From NCBI RefSeq assembly GCF_018350175.1, contig NC_058368.1, positions 128,404,001-128,468,000 of the forward strand: 64,000 nt of DNA. Direction: 5' to 3'. A program made the position numbers and the translations under genes. Positions 38,533 to 52,339 of the stretch are shown piece by piece. Source of the stretch: Felis catus (taxonomy: Eukaryota). Under the pieces are notes generated by a model. It searched no databases. It saw only the letters and a program-made list of their open reading frames with translations, and was not told the DNA's origin. Within the stretch, counting starts at the first letter, position 1, and every line of letters begins with the position of its first letter.

Positions 38533-40013
38533 TGCCACTGGTAGAGTTATTCTTATGGGTGAAGTCCTGATAGGATTTGGAAGCAGATCATTCTAGATCT
38601 TAAGGCTGAGTTTCCTATCCGTGGAAATGCCCTATGTCTGTGGGATATTACCATAATGTTTGATGACAAAGAAGATGCCCTGTAGGACTGTGCATGTGTG
38701 AGAAAGAAGATATGGCCCTACTGGCTGTGAGTTCCTTAGAGCTCAGCCTGGAAGAGAGTGTGATGAAACCCCTCACTGAGGACTTGTTCTCTTCTTGGAC
38801 GCAGTAGTAGATGGAGGAGGGTTGGGTCAGAGGCAGAGGGCCCTTCTTTTGCCCAGTGCCCACTAACAGGGGTTCTCTTGAAGTTTAACAGGAGAGTGGC
38901 ATGGCTAGTTATAGTGCCAATAAACTTTGGGATTCTATAGTAAATACACAGGTGGCAGATGGGGTATGAGTAAACAAACCATGTAATTGCTTTGGGTATG
39001 ATTATTCCAGGGAGACGTGGCAGGCAGAGTGGCTCGTGTGGTGATCCTGGTGGGTCCACTATTAAAATGCTTTCCCCAGATTTGTCCATATCTATTACTG
39101 TAAAATACAATGAATCATACAAATATAACAAGTCAGGAGCTTCAATAAAAGTTGCTGGGCCTTTGATAGGCCCTTTGATCTTAAGAGCAGCTCATGACCA
39201 TGACAGGATTATAGACTAAATACCTAACATACAGTATTTGCTACCAGATAACAACAATAACTGCTATACTACTATTGCTACAGTGTGTAGACATTAAAGA
39301 TTGGTTTAAAGAAACTGCTAATAGTAAAGGCAGTACCCTGGATATAAATTAGCTCTTTATTATGTAAAACTTTAAAAATATACTAAAAATATACAAGAGT
39401 ATAAAGAATAGTATAATAAACTCAGTTTCAGTAACGATCAACTTAAGGCCAATGTTGTTTCATCTACAGCCCCACCCGCTGTTCCCCAGCCCAACATGCA
39501 TCCCACCATATCATCTCACTAGAAAATTGTAGTGCCCTTCAAGCTCTTCAGTCTTATTTGGGCCCCCAAAATAAATCCCATGAAGGGGACCTAACCCACA
39601 TCGGTTGCTTGAAGCAAAATCCAGCTGAGTCCAGCCAAAATCAGTCCAACCAACGCACAGACCCATGAGTGGGAAAAAATAGATATTTGTTGTTATAAAT
39701 TACTGAGACTTTGAAGTTGATCGATATGTAGCATTACTTGCCAATAGTTACCTGAAACTTCTAACAAAATATTAATCGTGGATTTCTTTCGACGAATAGA
39801 ATATGGTAGATTTTTCACTTTTTGTGTTTTCTACATTTTCTAACCTTAGCCTATGTTACCTTTTAAATTGAGGTGGGAAAAAATAATATAATTTAAAAGA
39901 ATAATTAGGAGGGGCAACTGGGTGGCTTAGTCAGTTAAGCATCCAACTTTGGCTCAGGTCATAGGATGAAAGGTTTCTGTTTGGCTGTCTTACTGTTAAG
40001 ATGAAAGAATCAT

Positions 40014-40130
40014 GGGGGCATCTGGGTGGCTCAGTGGGTAAAGAGTCCTACTTCGGCTCAGGTCATGATCGGTTTGTGAGTTTGAGCCCTGCATTGGGCT
40101 CTCTGCTGTCAGCACAGAGCCCACTTCAGA

Positions 40131-40171
<41 letters not shown>

Positions 40172-40310
40172 CCACCCCTGCTCACATGCATGTGCACTCT
40201 CAAAAATAAACACTAAATAAACATTTAAAAATAATAAAAAAACCCAATTTTTCAATAAATTTCATATATAAAAAAATTTAAAAATAAATAAATAAATAAA
40301 TAATAAAAAA
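40014..40310 (+). mobile_element. CanSINE with long A-rich tail, preceded by a SINE head fragment at 39911-39962
   Basis: Direct observation. Confidence 0.88.
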
Positions 40311-41331
40311 AGAAGGATTCGGAGGAAAAAAACCCAAAACAATGGAAATAATTATGTTTCTTCTCACTCTGTATTTAAACTAGAACAAAATTGCTAATTT
40401 TCCACATTGTGTGCAAGTTTACAATCAGTCAGTGAGTGTTGGGAGTTTCACACTGTAAACGTGGTAAAAAAAGTATGACATCTTAACAAGAAAATCATTA
40501 TGGGCCTGTCTTAGTGTTCTTCTCCTTAAAGGCTTCCTGAATTAGGCAGATACACAGACCCTTCTTTCGTCTACTACCTCTAAACACACAAACCACACAT
40601 TTCTGCCTCATTTAACAACTTTTTTTCTCCTTTTATTTTAAACCTAAGGAAAGGAGAAACTGTGAAGGATCAATACATTATCAATCACCAACTGCTTAGA
40701 GGGGAAGAATTTGAAATGTAGTCCTCACAAAGCTGAAGAATCACACCCACTCATTTATAAACCATGGTAATGCTCTGTCCCATTCTCTCATTTCATGTAT
40801 CATGGTAAAGAGTTATTTATCTGCACACTCCACGTCTTTTTCCATATTAGCCTATATTGCCTTTGGTTATAAGACTGTCTTATGTATGTTTGCCAACTGC
40901 GTATGTACAGCCATAAAAACATATCCCCTACGAGAATGCATTTGAAAAAGTTAATTTAAGAACATTCTGTAATCTGACATTACTGAAATATTTTAGACTA
41001 GCAGGTTTCATTCTTCAGTTTTACAATCTCAGTGTATTCGAGACATGATTTTTTATTAAAAGTTTAGGGCAAAGCAACTAGAAGTATTTAAATGTATATA
41101 ATTTATTTAATAACATAATATCTAAGTTTCCCTTTTTTGTTGTTGTTGGAGAAAAAGATGTTGTTTTTTCTTTATTTCACCCTGTGAAAGGGAACAAAAC
41201 CACATTAGGTAGAAATTACTATATGACGTTAAAAAAAAGGAATCAGATTCCTTCCAAAGATTAATTTAGAAATTAAAACTTGATAATATGATTGGATTAA
41301 ATACACTAATGGTTTAAAGACCAGAATGGTA

Positions 41332-41491
41332 GGGGTGCCTGGGTGGCTCTGTGCTGACAGCTCAGAATTTGGAGCCTGCTTCAGTTTCTGTGTCTCCCTT
41401 TCTCTCTGTACCTCACCCATTTGCACACTGTCTCTCTCCCGCTCAAAAATAAATAAACATTTAAAAATATAAAGCAAAGACTAGAATGATT

Positions 41492-41542
<51 letters not shown>

Positions 41543-41740
41543 TGTTGAGAGAGAGACAGAGAGCACATGAGTGGAAGAGGGGCAGAGAGAGAGAGGGAGA
41601 GAGAATCCCAAGCAATCTCTGCACTGCCTGTGCAGATCCCAGAGCCTAACACGGGGTCTGAACTCAGGAACAGTGAGATCATGACCTGAGCTGAAGTCAA
41701 GAGTTAAGACATTCAACCAACTGAGCAACCCTGGCACCTC
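41332..41740. mobile_element. Tail-to-tail CanSINE pair (+ 41332-41475, internally deleted; - 41488-41740 with (TTTA)n tail)
   Basis: Direct observation. Confidence 0.88.
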
Positions 41741-41889
41741 AAGCAGAATGTTTTAGAGTAAAAATTATTTCTAGCAATTTTATAATCTTTGCTTCTTGGG
41801 GTATAAATTCTTAAAATGGGAAGATACTGTTTTTACTAACAAAAATGAGGGGTTTTTTTCATCCCCAAATGAGAAAATAAAAATTATTC

Positions 41890-43660
41890 CAGCCAAACCC
41901 ACAATGAGATACTGTAAATGAACTCAAGTTTGCCACTTGGGGTGCATCAAATTGGCCACAACCCAAGGAGGCATTGAGAGCAAATAACTTTTTTATTACT
42001 TTGTTACAAGAGACCTGGGTGTGGGGGGTGGGGTGTGTATAGCTCTCAAAGTGCTGTCTCCCTGTGGAGTTTGTCCAGGAAACTTTTATTCAGTGTATTG
42101 GGGGTGGTGGCAGGGAGCTTCCATATGTATTAAGGAACTTATTCTATTACTGAGAAACTAAGTTTCAATTGTGCATACCTACCATGTCAATATTCTACTG
42201 CATACATTGTATGTTCAGAAAATGGTGGAAAGCCCTGCACATAGGAGGAGCTCTCAGTATTATAATGAGCTAAAAGGTAATTTCATGAGCTGAAGGTAAC
42301 TCAGAGGGGCTTCCGTGCAGGTTCTCAGCTCCAATCTGGCTCAAACTGGCTCTCGTAAGAAGGGACTATCAGGCAAAACACCTCACAAGGGTTATCAGGC
42401 GAAAGACCTAGCTCGGCATCTGCTTGGCTGGAACTGTTGGTTCTTCAAAACAAAATACATTCCTTCTCTGCTTTTGTCTCTTCCTCTCCTCCCTCTGCTG
42501 ATAGCTTTTAGCCCTCTGATTTCAGTAACTTCCCTAGTTATGTCCTGGCCAACAATATCACTGCACTTTTGTTAGAATGGCTGTTATCAAAAAGATGAAA
42601 GATAATTTGTGTTGGCAAAGATATGGAGAAAATCCACATCTTGCACAATGCAATGGGAATATAAATTGTTACTGTCATTATGGAAAACAGTATGGAGTTT
42701 CCTCAAAAAATTTATAAAGAACTACCTTATGATCTAGCAATCCCACTTCTGAGTATATATTCAAAGGAAGTGGAATCATTATCTTGACAAGTTATCTGCA
42801 CCCTCGTGTTCAGTGCTGCATTATTCACAATAGCCAAGATACAGAAACAACGTAAGAGTTGTAAGATGGGCAAATGGATAAAGAAAATGTGGTATGTGTA
42901 TATACAATGGAATGTTATTGAGCCTTAAAAAAGAAGGAAATCCGGGGCACCTGGGTGGCTCAGTCAGTTAAGCATCCGACTTCAGCTCAGGTCATGATCT
43001 CGCAGTCTGTGAGTTCGAGCCCTGCACTGGGCTCTGTGCTGACAGCTCAGAGTCTGGAGCCTGCTTCAGATTCTGTGTCTCCTTCTCTCTCTGCCCCTCC
43101 CTCACTTGCACTCTGTCTCTCAAAACTAAATAACCATAAAAAAAAAAAAAAAAGAAGAAGAAGAAGGAAATCTTGTCATTAGTGACAACATGAATGAACC
43201 TGGAGGACATCATACAAAGTGAAATAAGCCAGACACTTAAAGACAAATACCGCACCATCTCACTTAAATGTGGAATCTGAAATAGTCAAACCCATAGAAA
43301 CAGAAAGTAGAATGGTGGTTGCCAGCGAATGGGACTGGGGTGGTGGGGAATGGGGATGTATTGGTCAAAGGGTACAAAGTTTCAATTATGCAAGATGAAT
43401 AAGTTCTAGAGATTTAATGCACAGTGTGATGACTACAGTTAAACCGCACTGTATGTTATACTTGATATTTACTAAGAAAGTAGGTCTTAAGTGTTCTTAC
43501 CACAAAAAAGTAAGAGAATAGTTATTATGTGAGATAAAATGTTAATGGGCTTCACGGTGGTGATCGTTTCATAATGTATACAAACATCAAGCTGTACACC
43601 TTAAATAACGTACAATTCCTAGTTGTCAATTATACCTCCATAAAGCTGAGAAAAGAAAAG
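41890..43660 (+). mobile_element. L1MA-type 3' fragment (hosts the LTR and a SINE at 42944-43165)
   Basis: ORF2 end and 3' UTR motifs (gaactaccttatgatctagcaatcccacttctg; gggtacaaagtttcaattatgcaagatgaataagttct). Confidence 0.85.
41913..42554 (-). mobile_element. Solo LTR, probably ERV1-class, inserted in an L1MA fragment
   Basis: TG...CA ends; 4-bp TSD-like atac/atat; L1 sequence cacaatgagata|cactgcac rejoins across it; minus-strand AATAAA near 41992-41997. Confidence 0.7.
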
Positions 43661-45271
43661 GAAGGAAAAAAATGATACAAGCACACAATAGTGACTTAAA
43701 CACGATAAAGTTAATTGTAGTACAGGTCTCACAACCCTAAAGTATCAGAGCCTATTAAGAAATGACAACAAAGGGCTGCCTGGTTGGCTCAGCCAAAGAT
43801 TCTGAAAGCAGTAGTTACGTTCAGTTTGGAGAGGCATGCATTCCACCCGAGGACACCAAGAAGAGTCTTCATAGTCAGTAGTAGCCAAGAAGGAAACAAG
43901 AGGCAGTTACTCAGGTGGGGAAGGAGGCCACTAGAAATGAAAAACAATCACACGTCGCATCACTACCACCATCACCATCACCACTACCATCCACCAGCAA
44001 CAGACACTCCCTTCCCTCTTGTAGCCAGGGACAAGAAATTAAATGCTCAAGTAACTCTAATTAAATGCTAAAGTAACTCCCTTAAAGTAACTCTTGGTTT
44101 GATTTCACTGGGACAAAATACATTGAGGTTTTACGGAAAAGTGCTCTCCAGTGAAAGAAGTAAATAATGACACAAGGAATGTATTTTAAATGAGGAATTG
44201 CCATGCTAGGCTACCTTGCCTGTAGGCATGAAACTGATTCATACTCCTAAAATCAGAGTCTTAAAGCTTCCCCCCTGGCAACTGTGACTACTCTTACTGT
44301 GAATAGGAGAATGGTGGAAAGAATTTATCTCCATTCACCTGCAAAATGGTGTAAAGAAGAAAGCTGGAGAGACACACAGTACACATGTGGAGAAAAACCC
44401 ACGGATAAGTACCATAACGTAAGCAATCCATCCACAGAACACCACAGGGCGATGAACTAACAGAAACCAGAAGAAACTGTGGTGAGTTTTCCATCAGTAG
44501 CCTCAGGCTTCAATGACGATTCAAAGACCTCCAAGAAGTGAGACCCGGAGCAGTTGATTTCAATAAAATAAAAAGAAGAAGACCAAAAATAAAATCGTCT
44601 CTGTGAGAACTAGATGTAATTTTACGTCTATATGTCAGAAATGATTTTTAGTCCACAAACTCATGACTCCAAAAAATAAAACTGTTTTTATTATAGTACA
44701 AATTTCTAACACTGGACTTTTCCTTACTGGTTTGGTCTTATGTATTTCAACCAATGAAACTATACCCTCAGTTCTTTCCAGTTTTCTCCAGGTACGGGAG
44801 GGTGGGCTGTGAAGTGGGAAGGTGGGGGTAGACATGTGCCTTTTGTCATCTGACTTTTAGAGATGGCCCTTGTGATGTCTGTGGACCCTCTTCCCTCTCC
44901 TCATGGATTCAACAGCTCCTTTCTACATTAGGACCTTAGGGTCCAGGCTCTTCCTGGCCCTATTTGACCAAATGCCCCATGCAGCCATTTCTCTTGGAGT
45001 ACCACTTCTCCAGAAATACTATCAGAAGGAAGGTGAAGTTCCCCTCTCAGGAGCTCTGTATGAGGGGAGCTCTCAGGAGCCAAAGATATCCCTCTGCCTC
45101 TTCAGATCCATTCCCTACGGGTCCCTAGAAAATTAAAATACCTCCATTCCCTGAGGATTACTAAATGCAGTCTAGGATGTTTCTGAGAGGATTATGCTGT
45201 ACATATACCACATATTATTTAATATCACAGCAGGGTTCGGCCAGCACCCCATAGTGAAACACATTCCTATT

Positions 45272-45508
45272 GGGGCACCTGGGTGGCTCAGTCGGTTAAG
45301 CATCCAACTTCAGCTTAGGTCATGATCTCGTGGTTTGAGGTCGAGCCCCACGTCGGGCTGTGTGCTGACAGCTCAGAGCCTGGAGCCTGCTTCGGATTCT
45401 GTGTCTCCCTGTCTTTCTGCCTCTCCCCGACTTGTGCTCTGTCTTTCTCTCTCTCTCAAAAATAAGTAAAATGTAAAAAAAAAAAATTAAAATTAAAATT
45501 AAAAAAAA
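45272..45508 (+). mobile_element. CanSINE (SINEC_Fc-like)
   Basis: TSD aaacacattcctatt. Confidence 0.92.
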
Positions 45509-45959
45509 CACATTCCTATTTCTGCAGTGAAATATATTAATAGTTACTTTATGTGGATGAATAAAAAGATAAATGGTCTCTCAGCGCCCAAGTCAGGTTT
45601 GGCCACCAAATAAGTGTGCCGCAAACTTACAAACTTCGGGTTTCAGGACTTTTGGATTTCACAATCACAGGAAAAGACTGGGAATCTGTAAGTGAGTTTG
45701 AGTAAGGTAGATATTATTAGGGTATTAGTTAACTGTAGTACAGTGCAATAGCAATCAAAAGAGGAAAGTGTTGCTAGGAGGACTAACAAGATCTGTAAAG
45801 ATTTCATGGAGGAAAAAGTACTTGAGCAGAGACTGGAGAATGTATAGAAATTGGTAAACAGCAGAGAATAAAGGGCATCCCATATGAGGAGTAAAAAGAA
45901 CTCGATTGCACTAAATATCATTTGTCACGGGAAAAATGCAATGAAATTGATTTTGGCTT

Positions 45960-46112
45960 GGGAGGATGGGTGAAGTAAGTGATGGGGATTAAGGAGGGCA
46001 CTGTTGTGATGAGCACCAGGTGTTGTAGGGGACTCTTGAATCACTGTATTGTACACCTGAACCGTATAACACCGTATGTTAACTATACTGGCATTTACAT
46101 AAAAACTTAAAG
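45960..46112 (+). mobile_element. Short carnivore L1 3' end
   Basis: gggattaaggagggcact...tgtacacctgaa...aactatactgg. Confidence 0.75.
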
Positions 46113-46129
46113 ACAAACAAACAAAAACC

Positions 46130-46688
46130 CCAATAAAACAATGAGATAAAACAATGAGAACACACCTATGAGAATGCCTAAAACCCTAAAGCCTGAAAAT
46201 ACAAAATTCTAGTAAACATGTAGAGCAACAGAAACTCTCATTTGTTGCTGGTGGGACTGCAAAATGGTCTGGTCACCTGAGAAGACATGTTGGCAGTTTT
46301 ATTTGCAAGGCTAAACATAGTCTTACTGTACAATCCAGCAACTGTGCTCCTGCATATTTATCCTCCTGATTTTGAAAATAAAAACCAGCACATGAATGTT
46401 TACAGCTTCTTTAATAATAATCTCCCCAAATGGAAGCAACCAAGATGTCCTTCAACAGGTGAGTGGATAAAGAACAGTGGTTCAGGGATGCCTGGGTGGC
46501 TCAGTGAGTTAAGCACCCGACTTGATTTCGGCTCAGGTCAGGATCCCAGGGTCATGGGATAGAGCCCTCATCGGACTCTGTACTGAGCATGGAGCCTGCC
46601 TGAGGTTCTCTCTCTCCCTTCACCCCTCTCCCACTTACCCTCTAGACAGAAAGACAGAAAGATAGATAGAAAGAAAAAAAGAAATAAG

Positions 46689-46742
<54 letters not shown>

Positions 46743-47538
46743 AGAAAGAAATAACTGAGGTTTCTCTAGACAAGGGAATATTATTGACCAGTAAAAAGGA
46801 ATGGGGTATCAAGACACAAGAAAAACATAGGTGAGTCTTAAACTCATCTTAAAAACAAAAAAAACAAAACAAAAAAAAACCCACCTTAATTATATGACAC
46901 TCTGGAAAAGGCACAACTATAGAGATGGTAAACAGGTCAGTGGATAGGGGCTTATGGTGGGAAAAGGCTGAATTAGTGAAGCAGAGAGGATTTTTTTAGG
47001 GCTGTGAAACTATTCTGTATGATACTGTAATATTGACTATATGACACCACGCATTTGTCAAATCTCCAAGAGCTTTAGAGCACAGAGTCAAACTCAAAAG
47101 ATGCAAAAATTGCAAAAATCATTTAGAGGGGCACCTGGGTGACTCAGCTGGTTAAGCATCTGACTCCTGATTTCGGCTCAGGTCATGATCTCAACATTCC
47201 GAGTTCGAGCCCTGCATCAGGTTCTGCACTGACAGCTTGGAATTATCTCTCTCTCCCTCTCCCTCTGCCTCTCCCCTGCTCTCTCTCTCTCTCTCAAAAT
47301 AAATAAATAAACATTTAAAAAATCATTTACAAACTGAGGGAGTCCCAGGAAGGAATATTGAACGGTAACAAAAGAATCTAACTGTATTATAAATATATGA
47401 AACAACCTCATTGAAGGGGGTGACAGGGAAGAGTGCTAACCTAAGTAATTTTGGAATGAGTGGGATCTGTAAATGGAAAACAAAAGGAACTCTAGTTGAT
47501 AAAGTGTGGTATGAGTTAACAATTCTTAAATCACTGTA

Positions 47539-47580
<42 letters not shown>

Positions 47581-49085
47581 TATATTAGAATTGAACTATT
47601 AAGTAAATAGATGGCTGATGTGAGAGCTAGGTTTTGTTTTTTTTTTTTTTTACTGTTGGAGTTACAGAAAAGCAAGGGGGGTAAAGGCTAGAATGACCCA
47701 TGTGGTAATGGATTAGAATTGGGGATATCAATATGAACTCATGTTTTCCTTAATATATATACAGATGGTTACATATAGAAATATTTACAGGGATGTGTGT
47801 ATGCACTAGTTAGTATACACACATGTAATTCCTTGCTGTCATCTGAGAGGGCCTAGAAGCAATGACACTCCAGGAGCAACAAGCACACTTAGCGCCAGCT
47901 CTTGGTTTCTAATACCATTCCCCAGGGAAAGTAACCAAGACCCCTGGGAGAATTGGCTGACTGTAGAACTAGGGCAGGAAATACGCAAGATGAGCTTGGG
48001 GCATCTAGCAGTGCCAGAAGGTAAGGAAGTGGGAATATGTCAAAATGACACAGAGTCATCCAGAAGAACGCTCAATGGCCAAAGCTGGAAGAATTTGAGC
48101 AATTCAATAAGTAATGCAGTATTAGATTACATCCCAAAGTAGAAAATAGATATTCACAAATCCATGCTAATGTGAATAAATCATTGCATAAGGCAACTAG
48201 GCAGAAAAATTCCAAATAATTTGTGTAGATACTTTGCACTGAAGTGTGATCCTGAAGTGTGACTGCACAGTGACTCCCTTCCAAAAAATACAATATAAAA
48301 GGACAAAAAAAGAGTAACATTACCTCAACCAGGTAACCAAGGTTAGTGTCAATAGTGAAAAGTCATATTGATAGTAAGTACCCATGACATGATGTGATAA
48401 GAATGATACTTCTTTACCTCTATTGTCTTCCTCCTAAAAACTAATAACCCCTATCTCATCTTGAGAAAAACATCAGATACATTCCAACTGAGGGACTTTC
48501 TTTTTTTTTTTTTTTTTTTTTGCAACGTTTATTTATTTTTGGGACAGAGAGAGACAGAGCATGAACGGGGGAGGGGCAGAGAGAGAGGGAGACACAGAAT
48601 CGGAAACAGGCTCCAGGCTCTGAGCCATCAGCCCAGAGCCTGACGCGGGGCTCGAACTCACGGACCGCGAGATCGTGACCTGGCTGAAGTCGGACGCTTA
48701 ACCGACTGCGCCACCCAAGCGCCCCATGAGGGACTTTCTACAAAATACCTGCCCAGTATTCCCCCAAACTGTCAAGATCATCAAAAATAAGGAACATCTG
48801 AGAAACCATGACAGCCAAAATGAGCGTAAGGAGACAACTAAATGTAGTGGTATCCTAAATGGAATCCTGGGAAAGAAAAAGGATATTAGGTAGAAACTAA
48901 GGAAATCTGAATGAAGTATGGACTTTAGACAATAATACAGTATCAATATTGGCCCATCAAATGTAATAAATGTACTATACATATGTAAGATGTTAATAAG
49001 AGGGGAAACTGGGTGCGCATATATGGGAATTCTCTGCACTAACTTCAGTTTTTCTGTAAATCTGAACTATTCTAAAATTAACTTT
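46130..49085 (+). mobile_element. L1MC-type 3' fragment with SINEs at 46486-46750 (+, GAAA tail), 47127-47320 (+) and 48502-48726 (-)
   Basis: L1MC-like long 3' UTR ending tctgtaaatctgaactattctaaaa. Confidence 0.8.
48502..48726 (-). mobile_element. Young SINEC_Fc
   Basis: CpGs intact, long pure T run, exact 13-bp TSD tgagggactttct (48489-48501, 48727-48739). Confidence 0.95.
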
Positions 49086-49099
49086 TTAAAAATTTGTTT

Positions 49100-51735
49100 C
49101 ATTCTTTTTTTTTAATTTACATCCAAATTAGCATATAGTGCAACAATGATTTCAGGAGTAGATTCCTTACTGCCCCTTACCCATTTAGCCCCTCCCCCAA
49201 TCCCTCCAGCAACCCTCAGTTTGTTCTCCATATTTATGAGTCTCTTCTGTTTTGGCCCCCTCCCTGTTTTTATATTACTTTTGTTTCCCTTCCCTTATGT
49301 TAATTCGTCTTGTCTCTTAAAGTCCTCATATGAGTGAAGTCATATGATTTTTGTCTTTCTCTGACTGACTAATTTCACTTAGCATAATACCCTCCAGTTC
49401 CATCCATGTAGTTGCAAATGGCAAGATTCCATTCTTTTTGATTGCCAAGTAATACTCCATTGTATAGATATACCACTTCTTCTTTATCCATTCATCCATC
49501 AATGGACATTTAGGCTCTTTCCATACTTTGGCTATTGTTGATAGTGCTGCTATAAACATGGGGGGTGTATGTTTGCACCTTCGAAACAGCACACCTGTAT
49601 CCTGTGGATAAATGCCTAGTAGTGCAATTGCTGGGTCATAGGGTAGTTCTATTTTTAGTTTTTTGAGGAACCTCCATACTGTTTTCCAGAGTGGCTGCAC
49701 CAGCTTGCATTGCCACCAACAATGCAAAAGAGATCCTCTTTCTCTGCATCCTCACCAACATCTGTTGTTGCCTGAGTTGTCAATGTTAGCCATTCTGACA
49801 GGTGTCAGATGTTATCTCATTCTGGTTTTGATTTGTATTTCCCTGATGATGAGTGATGTTGAGCATTTTTTCATGGGTCGGTTGGCCATCTGGATGTCTA
49901 CCTTGGAGAAGTGTCTATTCATGTCTTTTGCCCATTTCTTCACTGGATTATTTGTTTTTTGGGTGGTGAGTTTGATAAGTTCTTTATAGATCTTGGATAC
50001 TAACCCTTTATCTGATATGCCATTTGCAAATATCTTCTCTCATTCTGTCGGTAGCCTTTTAGTTTTGCTGATTGTTTCCTTTGCTGTGCAGACACTTTTT
50101 ATTTTGATGAGGTCCCAGTAATTCACTTTTGCTTTTGTTTCCCTTGCCTCTGGAGACGTGTTGAGTAAGAAGTTGCTGCAGGCAAGATCAAAGAGGTTTT
50201 TGCCTGCTTTCTCCTCAAGGATTTTGATGGCTTCCTGTCTTACATTGAGGTCTTTCATCCATTTTGAGTTTATTTTTGTGTATGCTGTAACAAAGTGGTC
50301 CTGGTTCATTCTTCTGCATGTCGCTATCCAGTTTTCCCAGCACCACTTGCTGAAGAGACTGTTTTTATTCCATTGGATATTCTTTCCTGCTTTGTCAAAG
50401 ATTAGTTGGCCATATGTTTGTGGGTCCATTTCTGGGTTCTCTATTCTGTTCTATTGATCTGAGTGTCTGTTCTTGTACCATATTGTCTTGATGATTACAG
50501 CTTTGTAGGATAGCTTGAAGTCTGGGATTGTGATGCCTCCTGCTTTGGATTTCTGTTTCAAGATTGCTTTGGCTATTCAGGGTCTTTTCTGGTCCCATAC
50601 AAGTTTTAGGATTATTTGTTCTAGCTGTGTGAAGAATGCTGGTGTTAGTCTGATAGGGATTGCATTGAATATGTAGATTGCTTTGGGTAGTATTGACATT
50701 TTAACAATATTTGTTCTTCCTAACCAGGAGCATGGAATCTTTTTCCATTTTTTTTTTGTGCCTTCTTCAATTTCTTTCATAAACTTTCTATAGTTTTCAG
50801 TGCATGGATTTTTCACCTCTTTGGTTAGATTTATTCCTATGTATTTCATGGTTTTTTGTGCAACTGTAAATGGGATTGATTCCTTGATTTCTCTGTCGCT
50901 TCATTGTTGATGTATAGGAACACAACCGATTTCTGTGCATTGATTTTATATCCTGCAACTTTGCCAAATTCATGAATCAATTCTAGCAGTTTTTTGGTGG
51001 AATCTTTTGGGTTTTCCATATAGAGTATCATGTCATCTGTGAAGAGTGAAAGTTTGACCTCCTCCTGGCCGATTTGGATGCCTTTGATTTCTTTGTGTTG
51101 TCTGATTGCAGAGCCTAAGCCTTCCAATACTATGTTGAATAACAGTGGTGAGAGTGGACATCCCTGTCTTGTTCCTGACCTTAGGGGGAAAGCTCTCAGT
51201 TTTTCCCCACTGAGGATGATATTAGCGTTGGGTCGTTCATATATGGCTTTTATGATCTCGAGGTATGCTCCTCCTATCCCTAATTTCTTGAGGGTTTTAT
51301 CAAGAAAGGATGTTGTATTTTGTCAAATGCTTTCTCTGCATCTATTGAGAGGATCATATGGTTCTTGTCCTTTCTTTTATTGATGTGATGAATCACGTTG
51401 ATTTGCAGATATTGAACCAGCCCTGGATCCCAGATATAAATCCTGCTTGGTTGTGGTGAATAATTTTTTTAATGTATTGTTGGATCTGGTTGGCTAATAT
51501 CTTGTTGAGGATTTTTGCATCCATGTTCATCAGGGAAATTCGTCTAGAGTTCTTTTTAGTGGGGTCACTGTCTGGTTTTGGAATCAAGGTAATGCTGGCT
51601 TCATAGGAAGAGTTTGGAAGTTTTCCTTCCATTTCTATTTTTTGCAACAGCTTCAAGAGAATAGGTGTACCTCTTCCTTAAATGTTTGGTAGAATTCCCC
51701 TGGAAAGCCCTCTGGCTCTGGACTCTTGTTTTTTG
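49100..51735 (-). mobile_element. 5'-truncated felid L1 (ORF2 RT to 3' UTR), frameshifted
   Basis: ORF2 peptides incl. [10 protein letters not shown] (RT active-site region), [23 protein letters not shown] aaaattaacttttt. Confidence 0.95.
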
Positions 51736-51749
51736 AAAAATTAACTTTT

Positions 51750-51954
51750 TTAATGTTTATTTATTTTTGAGAGAGAGAGACACATAGGGTGAGTAGGGGA
51801 GGGGCCAAGAGAGAGGGAGACATAGAATCCGAAGCAGGCTCCAGGCTCCGAGCTGTCAGCACAGAGCCAGATGCAGGGCTCAAACCCACAGACCACAAAA
51901 TCATGACTTGAGTTGAAGTTGGACGCTTAACCAGCTGAGCCACCCAGGTACCCC
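51750..51954 (-). mobile_element. CanSINE (SINEC_Fc-like)
   Basis: Reverse SINE body. Confidence 0.9.
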
Positions 51955-52339
51955 TAAAATTAATTTTTAAAAAGAACCCCATTCATACACAAGCCCAGAT
52001 CTTGAGGCTTTTGAGGCTACTGCACATTTGCTTTTCTCACTATTCTCATCTACTGTCTTCTTGGCCATATACTCACATTCAGAGCACTTTATCATCTGGC
52101 TAGTTTTTCATTCCAAGACTCTTCATCATTCTGAGGCCTTTCAACATTCAGGTAGTCAAACCATCCACCACCATGTCTAACACTTCATCAGTCTGTTCAG
52201 TTCCAATAACCATCGTACCCATTCTGTATCAGCCACTCACTTCCAGAGCTATACAGTACTACTCCACAGTTTGAAATGCTGACCACAGACTACAGCCCCC
52301 ACTATGCCCATTCACCTCCTTCTTCCAGAGACGTAGAAT

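Noticed and set aside
43784..44071. ORF with a poly-His tract
   Set aside because: His run comes from a (CAC/CAT)n low-complexity repeat; non-ATG start; no recognisable homology
49326..51656. Reverse-transcriptase-like ORF cluster as a novel RT system
   Set aside because: Ordinary frameshifted, 5'-truncated LINE-1 ORF2
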